Under the pieces are notes generated by a model, which saw nothing but the letters and a program-made list of their open reading frames with translations, was not told where the DNA came from and ran no database searches. A program made the position numbers and the translations under genes. A stretch of DNA of 56,043 nt, counting the filler, from Spirochaetales bacterium (GTDB lineage: Bacteria > Spirochaetota > Spirochaetia > Treponematales > UBA12059): the NCBI GenBank assembly GCA_016928955.1. It is 3 parts of 3 records of this genome, joined end to end, with 100 filler letters (N's around TTAATTAATTAA, not from the genome) between each part and the next. Parts side by side here need not be neighbours in the genome. Positions count along the whole stretch, not along the records: positions 36,836 to 56,043 come from JAFGJV010000044.1; 2 more parts are not named here. One strand, given 5' to 3'. Shown in pieces: positions 46,506-56,043 of this stretch; within the stretch, counting starts at the first letter, position 1, and every line of letters begins with the position of its first letter.

Positions 46506-48749
46506 AGCCGCTTCCTGGGTACCAGAAACCGCCGATGCCTTGAACCTGCCCAGCTCGGCCTTGGCCTTCAGGGCCAGCTCGCTGTTGCGCTCGGCGTCCG
46601 CGCGCAGGCCGCTCGACACGGACTTGAGGCCGTCCGCCTCCACGGCCACCTCGCCGGCCAGGGTGGTGATGCGCGAACTCAGCTCGGTCAGGTCGCCCAC
46701 GCCGGAGGCTATGTCCCTGCCCGCCGTGTTGATGTCAGCCGCTGCCGAGCGCACCTTGCCCGACAGGGAAGCCATGGTGTTGAGCTCGGCTACCACGCGG
46801 GAGCCTTCAGCCTTTTCCTCCAGCAGGGCGTCCCGCACGCTGGTCTCCAGGCCGCCCACGTCGCCTATCAGGGCGCGCATGCGCTGGAACGACGATTCGG
46901 TGTCGCCCGCTCTGCCCCGCATCACGGCCACGGCGTCGCGCACTTCGGCCAGGATGGCGTCTATTTCCCTCGAGCGGTCCGCCGTGGACTCGGCCAGCTT
47001 GCGTATCTCGTCGGCCACCACGGCAAAGCCCTTGCCGGCGTCGCCCGCGTGGGCCGCCTCTATGGCCGCGTTCATGGCCAGGAGGTTGGTCTGTCCGGCT
47101 ATGGCCGTAATCACGTCAGAAGCCTCAGCCAGGCTCTCGGATTTCCGCAGCACGTCCTCCGACAGCTCCCGCACGCCGGATACCAGCTCCGAACCCTGCT
47201 CGGCCGCCGTGTGGAGCTCGCCAAAGGCCCCGCCCATGCGGTCCATGGCGTCCGACGAGGACACGATGCGCGACGCGAGCACGTCCACCGAGTCCTTGGA
47301 GCGGCCTATGGCGGCTACCTGGTCGTCCACCAGGCGGGACAGGCCGTCCACCTCGCCGATGATCTGCGATATGGCCGCCGCCGACTGCCTGAGCTCGTTG
47401 TCCTCCCGACCCATCAGCTGGCGCACCTCGTCTATGCGCCCCGATATGGCTGATAGGGCCGACTCCATCCTTGCGGTGGCCGACAACAGGCCGCGCGAGC
47501 CTTGTTCCAGCTGGCCCGTGGCTCCCCGCACCGAGCCAACGATGGACGACATGTTTGTGCCCACCTGGTTGAGCTCCAGCGACAGCCTGCCTATTTCGTC
47601 GTTCCGCCGGTTTTCTATCACGCGGGTAAAGTCACCGCCGGCCATGGCCCCGAACGCTTCCTCAAAGGCGGTGATCGGCTTGGTCACGGCGCGCGATACC
47701 AGGCCCGAGCACACCAAAATGAGCACCACCAGGATGACGGCGCTCAGGGCCGAGGCCAAAACGGCGGCCGTGGCCGACTCGTTGATCTCGGACAGCGGTA
47801 TGGCTATGCCCAGGGTCCAGGATGCAAGGCCCGCTATATCAACGGGCACGGCGGTGGCCAAGAGCTCCGTGCCGTTCTGGCGGAACCGCAGGGTGTCGAG
47901 CACCGTGCTGTCCTGTTCCCATTGCCCGCCGGTGCCTGACGCGGCGCTGACGGCGTCCGGCCCGCCGGCCAGGGTCAGAATGTCCGCGGCGGCTTCCGTG
48001 ACCTCGGCAAAGGGCTTGAATATCTGCTCCGGTTCAGAATGCGCCAGCACGATGCCGCCGGCGGACACCAGCGTCGCCCAGCCAGAGCCAGCCTCCCGCA
48101 TTCCCTGTATCATGGCCGACAGGGACGCAAGGCTGATATCCAGGCCGAACACGCCGTAGAATCCGTCGTCCGCCACCAGGGGCACGGCCACGGTGGTCAT
48201 GAGGGTCAGAGCCGTGTCGTCGTCCTGATACGGTTCCAAAACCTGGGCCTGGCCAGAGTCCCGCGGCAGGGCGTAATAGTCCTCCTCGTAATACTCCTCG
48301 CCCCAGTAGGGCAGTTCGGCCACCACCTGGCCTTCAGAACGGTATATCCAGGGCGAGTAGCCCCCGGTGTCGTCCCAGCCTTCCAGTCCGGCGTAATCGG
48401 CGTCCCTGCCGTCCCAGGCGTCGGGCTCGAACAAGGCCCAAGCGGCAAAAGCCGCCTCGTTGCGGTCCAGCATGGAACGGAAAAACGTTTCCGGAAAGTC
48501 TCGCTCGGCCAAACCGCGGGATTTGAGGCCGTTCAGGACATCGGCGGCCTGGTATGCCTGGTACACGGCCTCCGTCAGCTGGGCGGACAGCTCAGCCGAG
48601 CGTTCGGAGGCCAGGCGCTGGAAGAAAAACACGGATGCGTCCCTGAGGGAGTTCCAGGTGTTGAAGAGTCCCATGCCGTGGACAATCAGCACGATGGGTA
48701 CGATGGACAGAAACAACAAAAGGAAAATCCTGGTTCTCAAATGCCTCAT
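46491..48749 (-). CDS. Methyl-accepting chemotaxis protein (dCache-HAMP-MCP)
   Basis: TM, YY.LP....EPY Cache motif, [48 protein letters not shown]. Confidence 0.93.
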   Translation of the reverse strand: MRHLRTRIFLLLFLSIVPIVLIVHGMGLFNTWNSLRDASVFFFQRLASERSAELSAQLTEAVYQAYQAADVLNGLKSRGLAERDFPETFFRSMLDRNEAAFAAWALFEPDAWDGRDADYAGLEGWDDTGGYSPWIYRSEGQVVAELPYWGEEYYEEDYYALPRDSGQAQVLEPYQDDDTALTLMTTVAVPLVADDGFYGVFGLDISLASLSAMIQGMREAGSGWATLVSAGGIVLAHSEPEQIFKPFAEVTEAAADILTLAGGPDAVSAASGTGGQWEQDSTVLDTLRFRQNGTELLATAVPVDIAGLASWTLGIAIPLSEINESATAAVLASALSAVILVVLILVCSGLVSRAVTKPITAFEEAFGAMAGGDFTRVIENRRNDEIGRLSLELNQVGTNMSSIVGSVRGATGQLEQGSRGLLSATARMESALSAISGRIDEVRQLMGREDNELRQSAAAISQIIGEVDGLSRLVDDQVAAIGRSKDSVDVLASRIVSSSDAMDRMGGAFGELHTAAEQGSELVSGVRELSEDVLRKSESLAEASDVITAIAGQTNLLAMNAAIEAAHAGDAGKGFAVVADEIRKLAESTADRSREIDAILAEVRDAVAVMRGRAGDTESSFQRMRALIGDVGGLETSVRDALLEEKAEGSRVVAELNTMASLSGKVRSAAADINTAGRDIASGVGDLTELSSRITTLAGEVAVEADGLKSVSSGLRADAERNSELALKAKAELGRFKASAVSGTQEAALGAG

Positions 48750-48994
48750 ACGCGCTCCATGTTGCACTCGGCGGATTGGCGCTCCCGGATTGGAGGCCGC
48801 CACCTGGAAGACGGGAGGACGGAAGGGGCGACGAGCCGACACCTTCAGGACTCCCCTGGTTGCCGCGTCGACACCCGACCTACCTGACTATCGTAGTGCA
48901 TGGAAGCCTGCTTTGCACCCGTTCCCGGCAAATTTCCGGCTGTACGGCCGGAGCGAACGGGTCTATGATGGGGCGTTCAAGCGGGAGGCCAAGC

Positions 48995-49690
48995 ATGTCA
49001 CGGTCGACTCTTCTGGCGGCGCTCGGGCTTGCGGTGCCCATGGGCGGAGTCCTTGGCTCAAATCCTTCCCGGCTCACGCTGATGGGCAGAGCCAGCGTCA
49101 AGATCAACAGCGGCGCGGGGGCGGTGCTGTACGTCGATCCCTACGCCAAGGGCGACTATTCCGAGCCCGCCGACCTGATCCTGGTCACGCATGGCCATGG
49201 CGACCACAACAAGACATCCCTGCCCGCCCGGAACCCGGGTTGCGCCGTGATAGCGCCCAAAGGCGCCGTGCCGGACAAGGATGCCATCCACCTGTCTGAG
49301 TACTCGTCCACAACCATAGCAGGCGTCAAGATCACCGCCCTTCCGGCATACAACGCCAACCATCCCCGGGGCAGCTGCGTGGGCTACCTCCTGGAATTCG
49401 GGGGCATCCGCGTGTACCACGCAGGCGACACGTCGCTCATACCGGAGATGTCCGGGCTTAAAAAACAGAATCTGGATTACGCCCTCCTGCCCTGCGACGG
49501 CAAGTACAACATGGGCCCGGAGGAGGCCACCCGGGCCGCGGCCGCCGTGGGCGCCCGCTTTGTGGTTCCCATCCATTCGTCCGGTGACGGCATGGAAACC
49601 GGCCCGAACGCGTCCAAGCTCACCTGCCCGGGCCTGCAGGTTTTGCAGGCTGGCCACAGCCTTACCCTGGAAGCCTCCGAGCGGGACTGA
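48995..49690 (+). CDS. MBL-fold metallo-hydrolase (UlaG-like)
   Basis: YVDPY, ADLILVTHGHGDH, PAYN..HP, YHAGDT, VVPIH. Confidence 0.88.
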   Translation: MSRSTLLAALGLAVPMGGVLGSNPSRLTLMGRASVKINSGAGAVLYVDPYAKGDYSEPADLILVTHGHGDHNKTSLPARNPGCAVIAPKGAVPDKDAIHLSEYSSTTIAGVKITALPAYNANHPRGSCVGYLLEFGGIRVYHAGDTSLIPEMSGLKKQNLDYALLPCDGKYNMGPEEATRAAAAVGARFVVPIHSSGDGMETGPNASKLTCPGLQVLQAGHSLTLEASERD

Positions 49691-49737
49691 ACCCTGGTGC
49701 CCTTAACACGGGAGCTTCCTTAGGGTATCCTGTCGGC

Positions 49738-51492
49738 ATGAAGTATTCCGAACTCGGGCTGCACCCCGACCTTGCCCGCGCCGTGAGCGAAGCGGGCTTT
49801 GTGGACTGCATGCCGGTGCAAGCCGCCACCTTCCCGCACTCCTTTGCGGGCGAAGACATCTATGCCCAGTCGCAAACGGGCACCGGCAAAACCGCCGCCT
49901 TCCTGGTGTCCATTTTCCAGCGCGTCATGACCGTGGACGCCCTGCGTCACCGCAAATCCCTGATACTGGCCCCAACCCGCGAGCTGGCCGCCCAGATTGA
50001 GGTGGAGGCCAAGAAACTCGGCAAATACCTGCCGATCAGCATGGGCGCTTTCTACGGAGGCGTGTCCTACGGGCCGCAGGTGGACATGCTCAAAGCTGAC
50101 GTCCAGATGATCATAGGCACGCCGGGCCGCATCATCGACCTCATCAAGCAGGGCAAGATGCTCCTCAAGGACGTCGGCTTCCTGGTGGTCGACGAGGCCG
50201 ACCGCATGTTCGACATGGGCTTTATCGACGACCTGCGGAAGCTCCTGCGCTATCTGCCCACTGCCAAGGAACGGCAGACCTTCCTCTACTCGGCGACCCT
50301 TGGCTTCCGTGTCAAGAACCTGGCCTGGGAGTACATGGACGAGCCCAAGGAAATCGTCATAGAGGCCCAGACCGTCACCGTGGAATTGGTGACGCAGGAG
50401 CTGTATCACGTGGGCCTGGACGAGAAGGTCCGCGTGCTGCTCGGCATCCTGTCGCGCGAGAAGCCGAACAGCGCCCTGGTGTTCTGCAACCAGAAATTCA
50501 TGGCCGAGGAACTGGCCCGGCGCCTGGGCATCAACGGCGTGGAATGCGAGTACATCATGGGCGACCTGCCGCAGGCCAAGCGGCTCCAGGTCATAGAACG
50601 GCTCAAGGCGGGAAAAATCCGCGTACTGGTGGCCACGGACGTGGCCGCGCGCGGCCTGGACGTCTCCGGCCTGGACCTTGTGGTCAATTACGACGTCCCC
50701 ATGGATCCCGAATCCTACGTCCACCGCATCGGAAGGACGGCCAGGGCCGGGGCGGCAGGCAAGGCGGTTACCCTGGCCTGCGAGAAATTCGTGTACGGCC
50801 TGCCCGCCATAGAAAAATACATAGAGACCAAGCTGCCTGTGCTTCCGGTAACGGAGGAGCTTTTGGTTGAAGACAAAAGCGCGGGCATGCGCTTTGGCCA
50901 CGCCAGGGAACGCGGCCGCCCCGGAGACAGGCGCGGAGACGGCCATTCGCAGAGAGGCGGAAGGCCGGGAAGCCACGCCGGCGCCCCGACGCGCTCGCAT
51001 GGCGGCCAGGACAGGCGCAGGCAGGAAGGCCTTCCCAAGCAGGAGAGAAACCGCAGGGACCAGCCGCGCGCGGGGGAGACCCGTGCCGACGCCAGGCGGC
51101 CTGACCGGGGAGCGGAGCGCAACCCCTACGCCATGAGCCAGGAAGAGCGCATGAAACGCTACCGCGAGCGCTACTCGTCCGGCGGGCCCCAGGGCTCCCA
51201 GGAAAGGCGCCCGGACGGACGCAGGCCGGACGCGCCACGGGCAGGCGCCCAGCAGGCCCGGCAGGGCCAGGGCAAGCCCGGAACGCGGAAATCGGACGGG
51301 CACAGGCCATCCAGGCAGGGGCAGGCTCCCGGCGGTCGGCAAGCGTCGTCCGCGGGGCAGGCGTCCGCGCGCCCAGCGTCGCCCCAGGCAGCGCCGGCCC
51401 GACCGGCCGCCACTGCAGCAAAAAAGGAAAAACCCGGCAAGCCCGGCATACTGAATTCCCTGAAAAAACTCCTCGGGCTGGCCAAGGACTAG
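49738..51492 (+). CDS. DEAD-box RNA helicase (RhlB-like) with long disordered tail
   Basis: QTGTGKT, PTRELA, TPGR, DEAD, SAT, ARGLD, HRIGRTAR. Confidence 0.96.
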   Translation: MKYSELGLHPDLARAVSEAGFVDCMPVQAATFPHSFAGEDIYAQSQTGTGKTAAFLVSIFQRVMTVDALRHRKSLILAPTRELAAQIEVEAKKLGKYLPISMGAFYGGVSYGPQVDMLKADVQMIIGTPGRIIDLIKQGKMLLKDVGFLVVDEADRMFDMGFIDDLRKLLRYLPTAKERQTFLYSATLGFRVKNLAWEYMDEPKEIVIEAQTVTVELVTQELYHVGLDEKVRVLLGILSREKPNSALVFCNQKFMAEELARRLGINGVECEYIMGDLPQAKRLQVIERLKAGKIRVLVATDVAARGLDVSGLDLVVNYDVPMDPESYVHRIGRTARAGAAGKAVTLACEKFVYGLPAIEKYIETKLPVLPVTEELLVEDKSAGMRFGHARERGRPGDRRGDGHSQRGGRPGSHAGAPTRSHGGQDRRRQEGLPKQERNRRDQPRAGETRADARRPDRGAERNPYAMSQEERMKRYRERYSSGGPQGSQERRPDGRRPDAPRAGAQQARQGQGKPGTRKSDGHRPSRQGQAPGGRQASSAGQASARPASPQAAPARPAATAAKKEKPGKPGILNSLKKLLGLAKD

Positions 51493-51502
51493 GAGCGGCA
51501 AC

Positions 51503-52051
51503 GTGTCCAGGGCTTTTGTAAACGACGACGCGTCCGACGCTCGGGCGGACGAGGCGCCGGAATTGAAAATTCCCATTCCCCCGGGCTCGCGGAATTACCT
51601 GACGCCCGAGGGAGCGGCCGCCCTGGCCGACGAACTGGGCCGCCTGGAGACCGAAGAGCGGCCACGCCTGTCCACCGAGCTGGAGAAGGCCAGCCGCTCG
51701 GGCAACGCCGCCGGACTGGCGGCCCTGCGTTCTGCCCGCGCCCGCGTCGACCGGCGCATCGAGTACCTGTCTCGCATGGCGGCCCTGGCCGAGACCGTGG
51801 AGGCTCCAGCCAACGGGTACGCGCGGGTAGCCTTCGGGGCACGGGTCCTGGTGCTGGGCCAGGACGGCATCGAACGCAGCTACCGCATTGTGGGCGTTGA
51901 CGAGGCCGACCCCGAACACGGACTTTTGGGCTGGACCAGCCCCGTGGCCAGGGCGCTGGTGGGCAAACGGCCGGGCGACAAGGCCGTGGTACGGCTCCCC
52001 GAGAAGGAGCTGACCATGACCGTTTTGGGCCTGGAACCGCCGGCCTGTTAG
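51503..52051 (+). CDS. GreA/GreB-family protein
   Basis: NYLTPEG, RVAFGARV, YRIVGVDEA, SPVARALVGK. Confidence 0.85.
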   Translation: MSRAFVNDDASDARADEAPELKIPIPPGSRNYLTPEGAAALADELGRLETEERPRLSTELEKASRSGNAAGLAALRSARARVDRRIEYLSRMAALAETVEAPANGYARVAFGARVLVLGQDGIERSYRIVGVDEADPEHGLLGWTSPVARALVGKRPGDKAVVRLPEKELTMTVLGLEPPAC

Positions 52052-52165
52052 CGCAACCGTGTCGCGCGCGCCGCTTGCCGGAAACCTTGCGGTTTTCAGC
52101 ATTATCGCGACACTATTGAGGCAAGCGGTCATACCAGGCCCATGACCAACGGCGGAGGTAAGCAT

Positions 52166-52876
52166 ATGGACGATGACAGCCCTTCGAGCTTCATGATCCT
52201 GGCCAAAAAGCGCGCCGCCGTCCTTGAATACGAACGCTGGGCCGGCATGGGCCTTGTACTCGCCGGCGCCGCCCTAGTGGCCTTCATCCTTTCCGCCCCG
52301 GATTCAGGCCTGCCTGCCGCCCTCATACCCTGGCTAGCCGTCCTCGCCGTGGCGCTCAGTCTTGTCCCCAATTTCAGGTCCGGCGGCTTCCTCTTTTTGT
52401 TGTGGTTCCCGGGCATGACCCTGCTCGGCATCCTGGTCGAAATAGCGGCGGCCGCCCTGGGCATTCCGGGCGCCCGCGCCTACGGACCGGGCCTGGGCCT
52501 GGCGCTCAGGGGCGTGCCGCTGGTCGCGATCCCCTTCCAGCTACTGGTCTTGTTTGGCGCCCTCTGCGTTGCCAGGCATGTGTTCAGGCGCGACCTCAGC
52601 GCGTCCGTCTTGGCAGCAGCCATGACGGTGGGCCTGGACTGGCTGGCCTTGCCAGTGGCCGAACGGTTTGGCTTCTGGGTGGAACCGGAGCCGCTGGACT
52701 ACGCCATCCGGCTGGCCGTGGGCGCCGTGGTCGCCCTGAGCTTCCGTATCCTTGGCCGACGGGCAAAACCCGACGCGCCGGGACTTGGCCGCTGCTATCT
52801 CCCCGGGGTCGCGCTCGTGGCCACGGCCGCCTTCCTCTGCGCGTTGAGACTGGCCTGGTTTTTTGGGCTGGGCTGA
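52166..52876 (+). CDS. Membrane protein, CruF/DUF422 (carotenoid biosynthesis)-like
   Basis: GILVEI...YGPGLG...GVPL and MTVGLDW...PVAERFGFW; GGAGG SD. Confidence 0.55.
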   Translation: MDDDSPSSFMILAKKRAAVLEYERWAGMGLVLAGAALVAFILSAPDSGLPAALIPWLAVLAVALSLVPNFRSGGFLFLLWFPGMTLLGILVEIAAAALGIPGARAYGPGLGLALRGVPLVAIPFQLLVLFGALCVARHVFRRDLSASVLAAAMTVGLDWLALPVAERFGFWVEPEPLDYAIRLAVGAVVALSFRILGRRAKPDAPGLGRCYLPGVALVATAAFLCALRLAWFFGLG

Positions 52877-52937
52877 TGCGCCGCCGTCTATAGCGCCGGG
52901 GCTGAAGGCTCAAACAGGGATAGGTCGAGGAAAAGCG

Positions 52938-52970
52938 GGCCTCTAATAACTGCAGTTTTCGAGATTCCCT
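52938..52970. repeat. Single-hairpin partial copy of the dispersed element
   Basis: GGGCCTCTAATAACTGCAGTTTTCGAGATTCCC resembles CCTCTAAAAACTGCAGTTTTTAGAGG. Confidence 0.7.
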
Positions 52971-53149
52971 ACAGCATTGACTCTGGGCATGCATCAAAGC
53001 TTCGTACCACACTGCCTTGTTTCCTCCCCTCGTCCACGTATACTTGGTGTTAATGGAAGAATCCGGCATGGCCCAGCCAAGCGGCCTGGTTGTGGAATCC
53101 CAATGTGGCGCCCAGGATTACTTGGCCACGTAGGGCGGGTTTCCCCTGG

Positions 53150-53225
53150 AGGTAGCCTCTATAAATTTCAGTTTATTGGGGGGTTGCCTTACAAAAACCA
53201 GCGTTTTCAGCCAAACACGCAGGGA
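53150..53225 (-). repeat. Degenerate copy C of the dispersed element
   Basis: AGCCTCTATAAATTTCAGTTTATTGGGGGTTGCCTTACAAAAACCAGCGTTTTCAGCCAAACACGCAGG aligns to 8063-8132. Confidence 0.8.
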
Positions 53226-53259
53226 GTTTTTCTGAGAACCGCATCCTAAGGAGGCACGC

Positions 53260-55224
53260 ATGAAACTCAGGGGCAAAATCCTGTTGACCATCGGGCTGAC
53301 CGGAATGGCGCTTTCAGCGGGCCTGACCGTGGCAAGTTCTATAAGCATGAGCGGAGCCCTGAGGACAGCCCTCAAGAATGGAGCCGCCTGGGCCGTTGAC
53401 CAAACGGCCCTCGGTATCGACCTCTTCGACAGCGTCAACTTCAAATACCTTAACGCCATGGCGTCGTCAGCGCCTATTACCTCGGCTTTGGGGCACCTGA
53501 CGGATTACTCGACCACAAGCGCTGACACCGACCCGAACCCCGCGCTCTACAGTCCCCAGGAAGCCCAGGCCGCCGCCATGCTTGATCCGTTCCTTACGGT
53601 GGGCCACATAGACCAAATCGAGGTGGCTGACTCCACGGGCGGCTACCTTGTGGTACCTCCCCGCACGCGCGCGGCAGGATACGATCCCCGCAAACGTTCC
53701 TGGTATATGGATTCCCTCAGCGGCAAAACCCGAACCGACGGGCGCAAGACAACCTACGGCACCTTGGTCTACACCATCCTGCGCCCCATAAAGAATCCGC
53801 AGACGGGTCTGGCCGGTATCATTACCCTGTCGGTAAGTCTTGACGACATACAGAACATGCTCGAGTCCATGAATTTCGGGCAGACGGGAAGCGTCATGCT
53901 CCTGCAGGCCGACGGGACCATCCTTGGTTTCCCCGGCCACCCTGAATCGGTCATGCAGAGCATTTACGACTACTCCGACGGCCAGTTCAAGATCCTGCAT
54001 GAAAGCGACCAGCACCAGATACGCTTCGAGGTCGGTGACAAAATCATGGAAGCCGCCCGGACCGTGGTGAGCGGGACCGGCTGGACGATCGTTGGCCTGT
54101 TCGAATCCTCTGAGTACACGGCGGAGCTTCCAGCGCTCATCCTGGAGCTGACCGTCATAGCCGTTGTCCTGCTGTTGGCAAGCGCGTCCGTGTCCGTCTA
54201 CGCAATGTACCAGAGCATCGGGAAACCCGTGCTGGCCCTGTCCGATATAGCCGGCGGGATGCGGGACGGCGACTTCATCACCGAAATTCCCCGCAGGATA
54301 CGCGCACGCGGCGACGAGATAGGCTGGCTAGCTCAGTCGCTCGAGTCGACCATAGGCAGGATCCGCGACGTTGTCCGCAACGTGCAGGCTGTCAGCGGAG
54401 AGGTGTCCGGGGGGTCGGCGGAATTGGCCGCGGCAACCGAGCAGATGGCCACCGGGTTCGCGGGCATAGCCGAGTCGAGCCAGCGGCTTTCTCAGGGCGC
54501 CACCGAGCAGGCTGCGAGCGCTGAGGAAGTATCGGCAAGCATAGAAGAGATGGGATCCAACATACGGCAGAATTCCGAAAACAGTTCGGTGACCGAGGGC
54601 ATTTCCAAAAAGGCGGCCGCGGACGCAACCAACGGCCTTTCGGCCGTTCGCGAGACCGTAACGGCCATGAAAAGCATCGCGGAACGCATAGCGATCATAG
54701 AGGATATCGCCCGGCAGACAAACATGCTTTCGCTGAACGCGAGCATAGAGGCAGCGCGCGCTGGCGAGCACGGAAAAGGTTTTGCGGTGGTGGCCAGCGA
54801 GGTGGGCAAGCTCGCCGAGAGAAGCCGCGCCGCGGCGGGAGAAATATCCGTGCTCTCCAAGCACAGCGTGGACGTTGCTGAACAGGCGGGAACCATGTTG
54901 GAAGGCATCGTTCCGGACATCCAGAAAACAGCCGAACTGGTTCTTGAAATATCCGTTGCATCCAGGGAACAGGATAGCGGGACTCAGCAGATATCCAAGG
55001 CCATCACCCAGCTCGATTCTGTCATTTAGCAGAACGCGTCGATATCGGAGGAATTCAGCGCCACAGCCGAGGAAATATCCGGCCAGACCGGCCTGGTTGC
55101 TTCAACCGCCAAGTCACTCTCAGACCAGGCCATGGCGCTGCGCGACGCGGTTTCGTTCTTCAGGGTGGACAGCACGGCGTACCTTGAGGCCGCCGACAGC
55201 GGGGCCGCGGCCGAGCCCGAGTGA
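53260..55224 (+). pseudogene. Methyl-accepting chemotaxis protein with in-frame TAG at 55027-55029
   Basis: YDPRKRSWY dCache, [24 protein letters not shown]. After the TAG the frame continues QNASISEE...LRDAVSFFRV to TGA 55222-55224. Confidence 0.8.
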
Positions 55225-55307
55225 TCGGGCGTTTTGCCGGCCCTCAACACCGATCGCGGCGGCGGCCCAGAACAGGCTGTAGAACGCAGCGTGTTTTCAG
55301 CATCCCG

Positions 55308-55940
55308 CTAGGCAGGGTACGGCCCCGCGCCGAGCCTGAGCACCACCGGCTCGCCGGAACGCAGGTCCAGGACCGTGGCCAGGCGGCGCTCGTTCTCCTC
55401 GCCCGTGTCCAGGATCAAATCGACGCCGGGAAGGTCCTCCAACTCCCAGCCGCCCTGGAACAAGGCCTCCTCAGGGAATTCCGGCTGGCCATAATCGGGG
55501 TCCATCATGCTTCTCTTGGCCGTGGCCGATAGCAGGGCCTGCCCCAATTCGCGCATCAGCGCCAAGGGCACGGCATGGTCGGGGATGCGCACGCCTATCT
55601 CCGCCCGCTTAAGGCCAAAGTCCTTGGCCACGCGTATGGCGCTCGGGAGGACAAACACGTAGGGTCCGGGCGACAGGCGTTTCATCAGGCGGAACGCTCC
55701 GCCATCTATGTCGCATATATCCGACGCTTCCGATATGGACGGGCACATGACCGTGGGCGGCCGGTCGCGTCGCTCCCCCATTTTGCGCAGGCGGGCCACC
55801 CCGTCCCTGGAAGCTATGGAGCATACCACGCTCCAGCTCGTGTCCGTGGGGAGCACGACGAGGCCGCCGCCCTCCAAAATGGCCGCCGCCCTCTTAAGCA
55901 CGCGCGAGTCGGGATTCTCGGCAACGATGTATTCGATCAT
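55308..55940 (-). CDS. Sua5/YrdC/YciO-family protein (YciO/TsaC2-like)
   Basis: GLVVLPTDT, PGPYVFVL, IGVRIPD, VDLILD.G...TVLDL....VVLRLGAG. Confidence 0.88.
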   Translation of the reverse strand: MIEYIVAENPDSRVLKRAAAILEGGGLVVLPTDTSWSVVCSIASRDGVARLRKMGERRDRPPTVMCPSISEASDICDIDGGAFRLMKRLSPGPYVFVLPSAIRVAKDFGLKRAEIGVRIPDHAVPLALMRELGQALLSATAKRSMMDPDYGQPEFPEEALFQGGWELEDLPGVDLILDTGEENERRLATVLDLRSGEPVVLRLGAGPYPA

Positions 55941-55956
55941 GGACCCCCCGGCTTAT

Positions 55957-56043
55957 GGGAACCTCTAAAAACCTCATGGTTATTAGAGGTTCCCTGCGTT
56001 TTCGGCCGAAAACGCTCGGTTTTTTAAGGTAACCCTCTAAAAA
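55957..56043 (+). repeat. Dispersed palindromic element, copy D (3'-truncated)
   Basis: GGGAACCTCTAA...TTAGAGGTTCCC hairpin followed by the GCGTTTTCGGCCGAAAACGC palindrome. Confidence 0.9.

Noticed and set aside
52980..53150. c-di-GMP or other riboswitch in the MCP leader
   Set aside because: I could not find the GEMM-I (GCAAA...GNRA) or GEMM-II consensus, and much of the leader is explained by decayed repeat copies.
55027..55029. Genome-wide TAG recoding
   Set aside because: Many genes (MBL RNase, cheW, jetD, DEAD helicase) end at TAG at the expected C-terminus.

Overview
High-GC spirochaete-like (Treponema/Spirochaetales-type gene content) chromosomal sequence. It is really three contigs (1-15046, 15147-36735, 36836-56043) joined by artificial N-TTAATTAATTAA-N linkers, so adjacency across the gaps is not evidence. 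Most genes are housekeeping: rnhB, nagZ-like, trxB, cheW-degT-like-nadK-recN, cdd, yggS, apt, gpmI, cyaB, secDF-yajC, carbamate kinase, ispH, udk, srkA, a DEAD-box helicase, two MCPs, tRNA-Val and tRNA-Cys. The notable content is: a complete Wadjet (jetABCD) anti-plasmid operon; an archaeal-GAPOR-like aldehyde:ferredoxin oxidoreductase near gpmI; a tandem cNMP-GGDEF pair with complementary active-site degeneracy; a dispersed three-hairpin MITE/REP-like element (five full or partial copies, with covariation); a recurring leaderless-promoter signature; a probable ACG start; an MCP with an in-frame TAG; and structured repeats beside both tRNAs. All family calls come from motif recognition by eye; no database searches were run.
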